A DNA stretch of 64,000 bases from Microcoleus sp. (GTDB lineage Bacteria; Cyanobacteriota; Cyanobacteriia; Cyanobacteriales; Microcoleaceae), in assembly GCA_042408215.1 (NCBI GenBank), contig JAYFMW010000003.1:475264-539263 (forward strand). Direction: 5' to 3'. Below the pieces are notes generated by a model that saw nothing but the letters and a program-made list of their open reading frames with translations, searched no databases and was not told the DNA's origin. Position numbers and translations under genes: made by a program. Position 1 is the stretch's first letter. The number at the start of each line of letters is the position of its first letter. Shown piece after piece: positions 63,862-64,000 of the stretch.

Positions 63862-64000
63862 TTATGCTCTATACTGCGGAGCAAAAAACCCGGTTGGTTG
63901 AGCGTAGTCGAAACCCTGCATCAATATCTCTCGGAGATATCCACGATTTTTCGGAGCAACCGGGTTTTTTTTGCCTTAGTTCTAAAGTCATTACCTACAC

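Overview
Chromosomal window from a filamentous cyanobacterium, probably Oscillatoriales (Microcoleus/Tychonema-like). This is inferred from abundant HIP1 octamers (GCGATCGC), heptamer tandem repeats, nblA, bioU and the pilB-pilT-pilC / grpE-dnaK-dnaJ arrangement. Most of the window is housekeeping: glycogen genes (GH13 enzyme, glgC), DnaJ proteins, a MacAB-like exporter, type IV pilus motor genes, chaperones, exbBD, anmK, a PP2C phosphatase, an ABC1 kinase, ispF, a peptide ABC-binding protein and larB. The most striking region is an accessory locus at about 26.2-36.8 kb. It holds a caspase-STAND NTPase-TM-WD40 receptor-like protein, a second caspase-family protease, two signal-peptide-less peptidoglycan hydrolases (M15-like peptidase, GH24 lysozyme) and a convergent 160-aa protein with a hydrophobic hairpin. 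A D-V-A-x-R-(R)-G motif recurs in the caspase's post-catalytic linker, just before the lysozyme domain and near the N-terminus of the 160-aa protein. This suggests a protease-activated lysis or cell-death cascade, which is a hypothesis only. The window also carries several RNA-guided (OMEGA) transposon pieces: an intact tnpB, tnpB and iscB remnants, a stand-alone HEARO-like omega-RNA and ORF-less IS200/IS605-type elements. It also has modular MITE-like repeats, one family of which inserts into the centre of GTAG REP-like palindromes. All family assignments come from motif recognition by eye; no searches were run.
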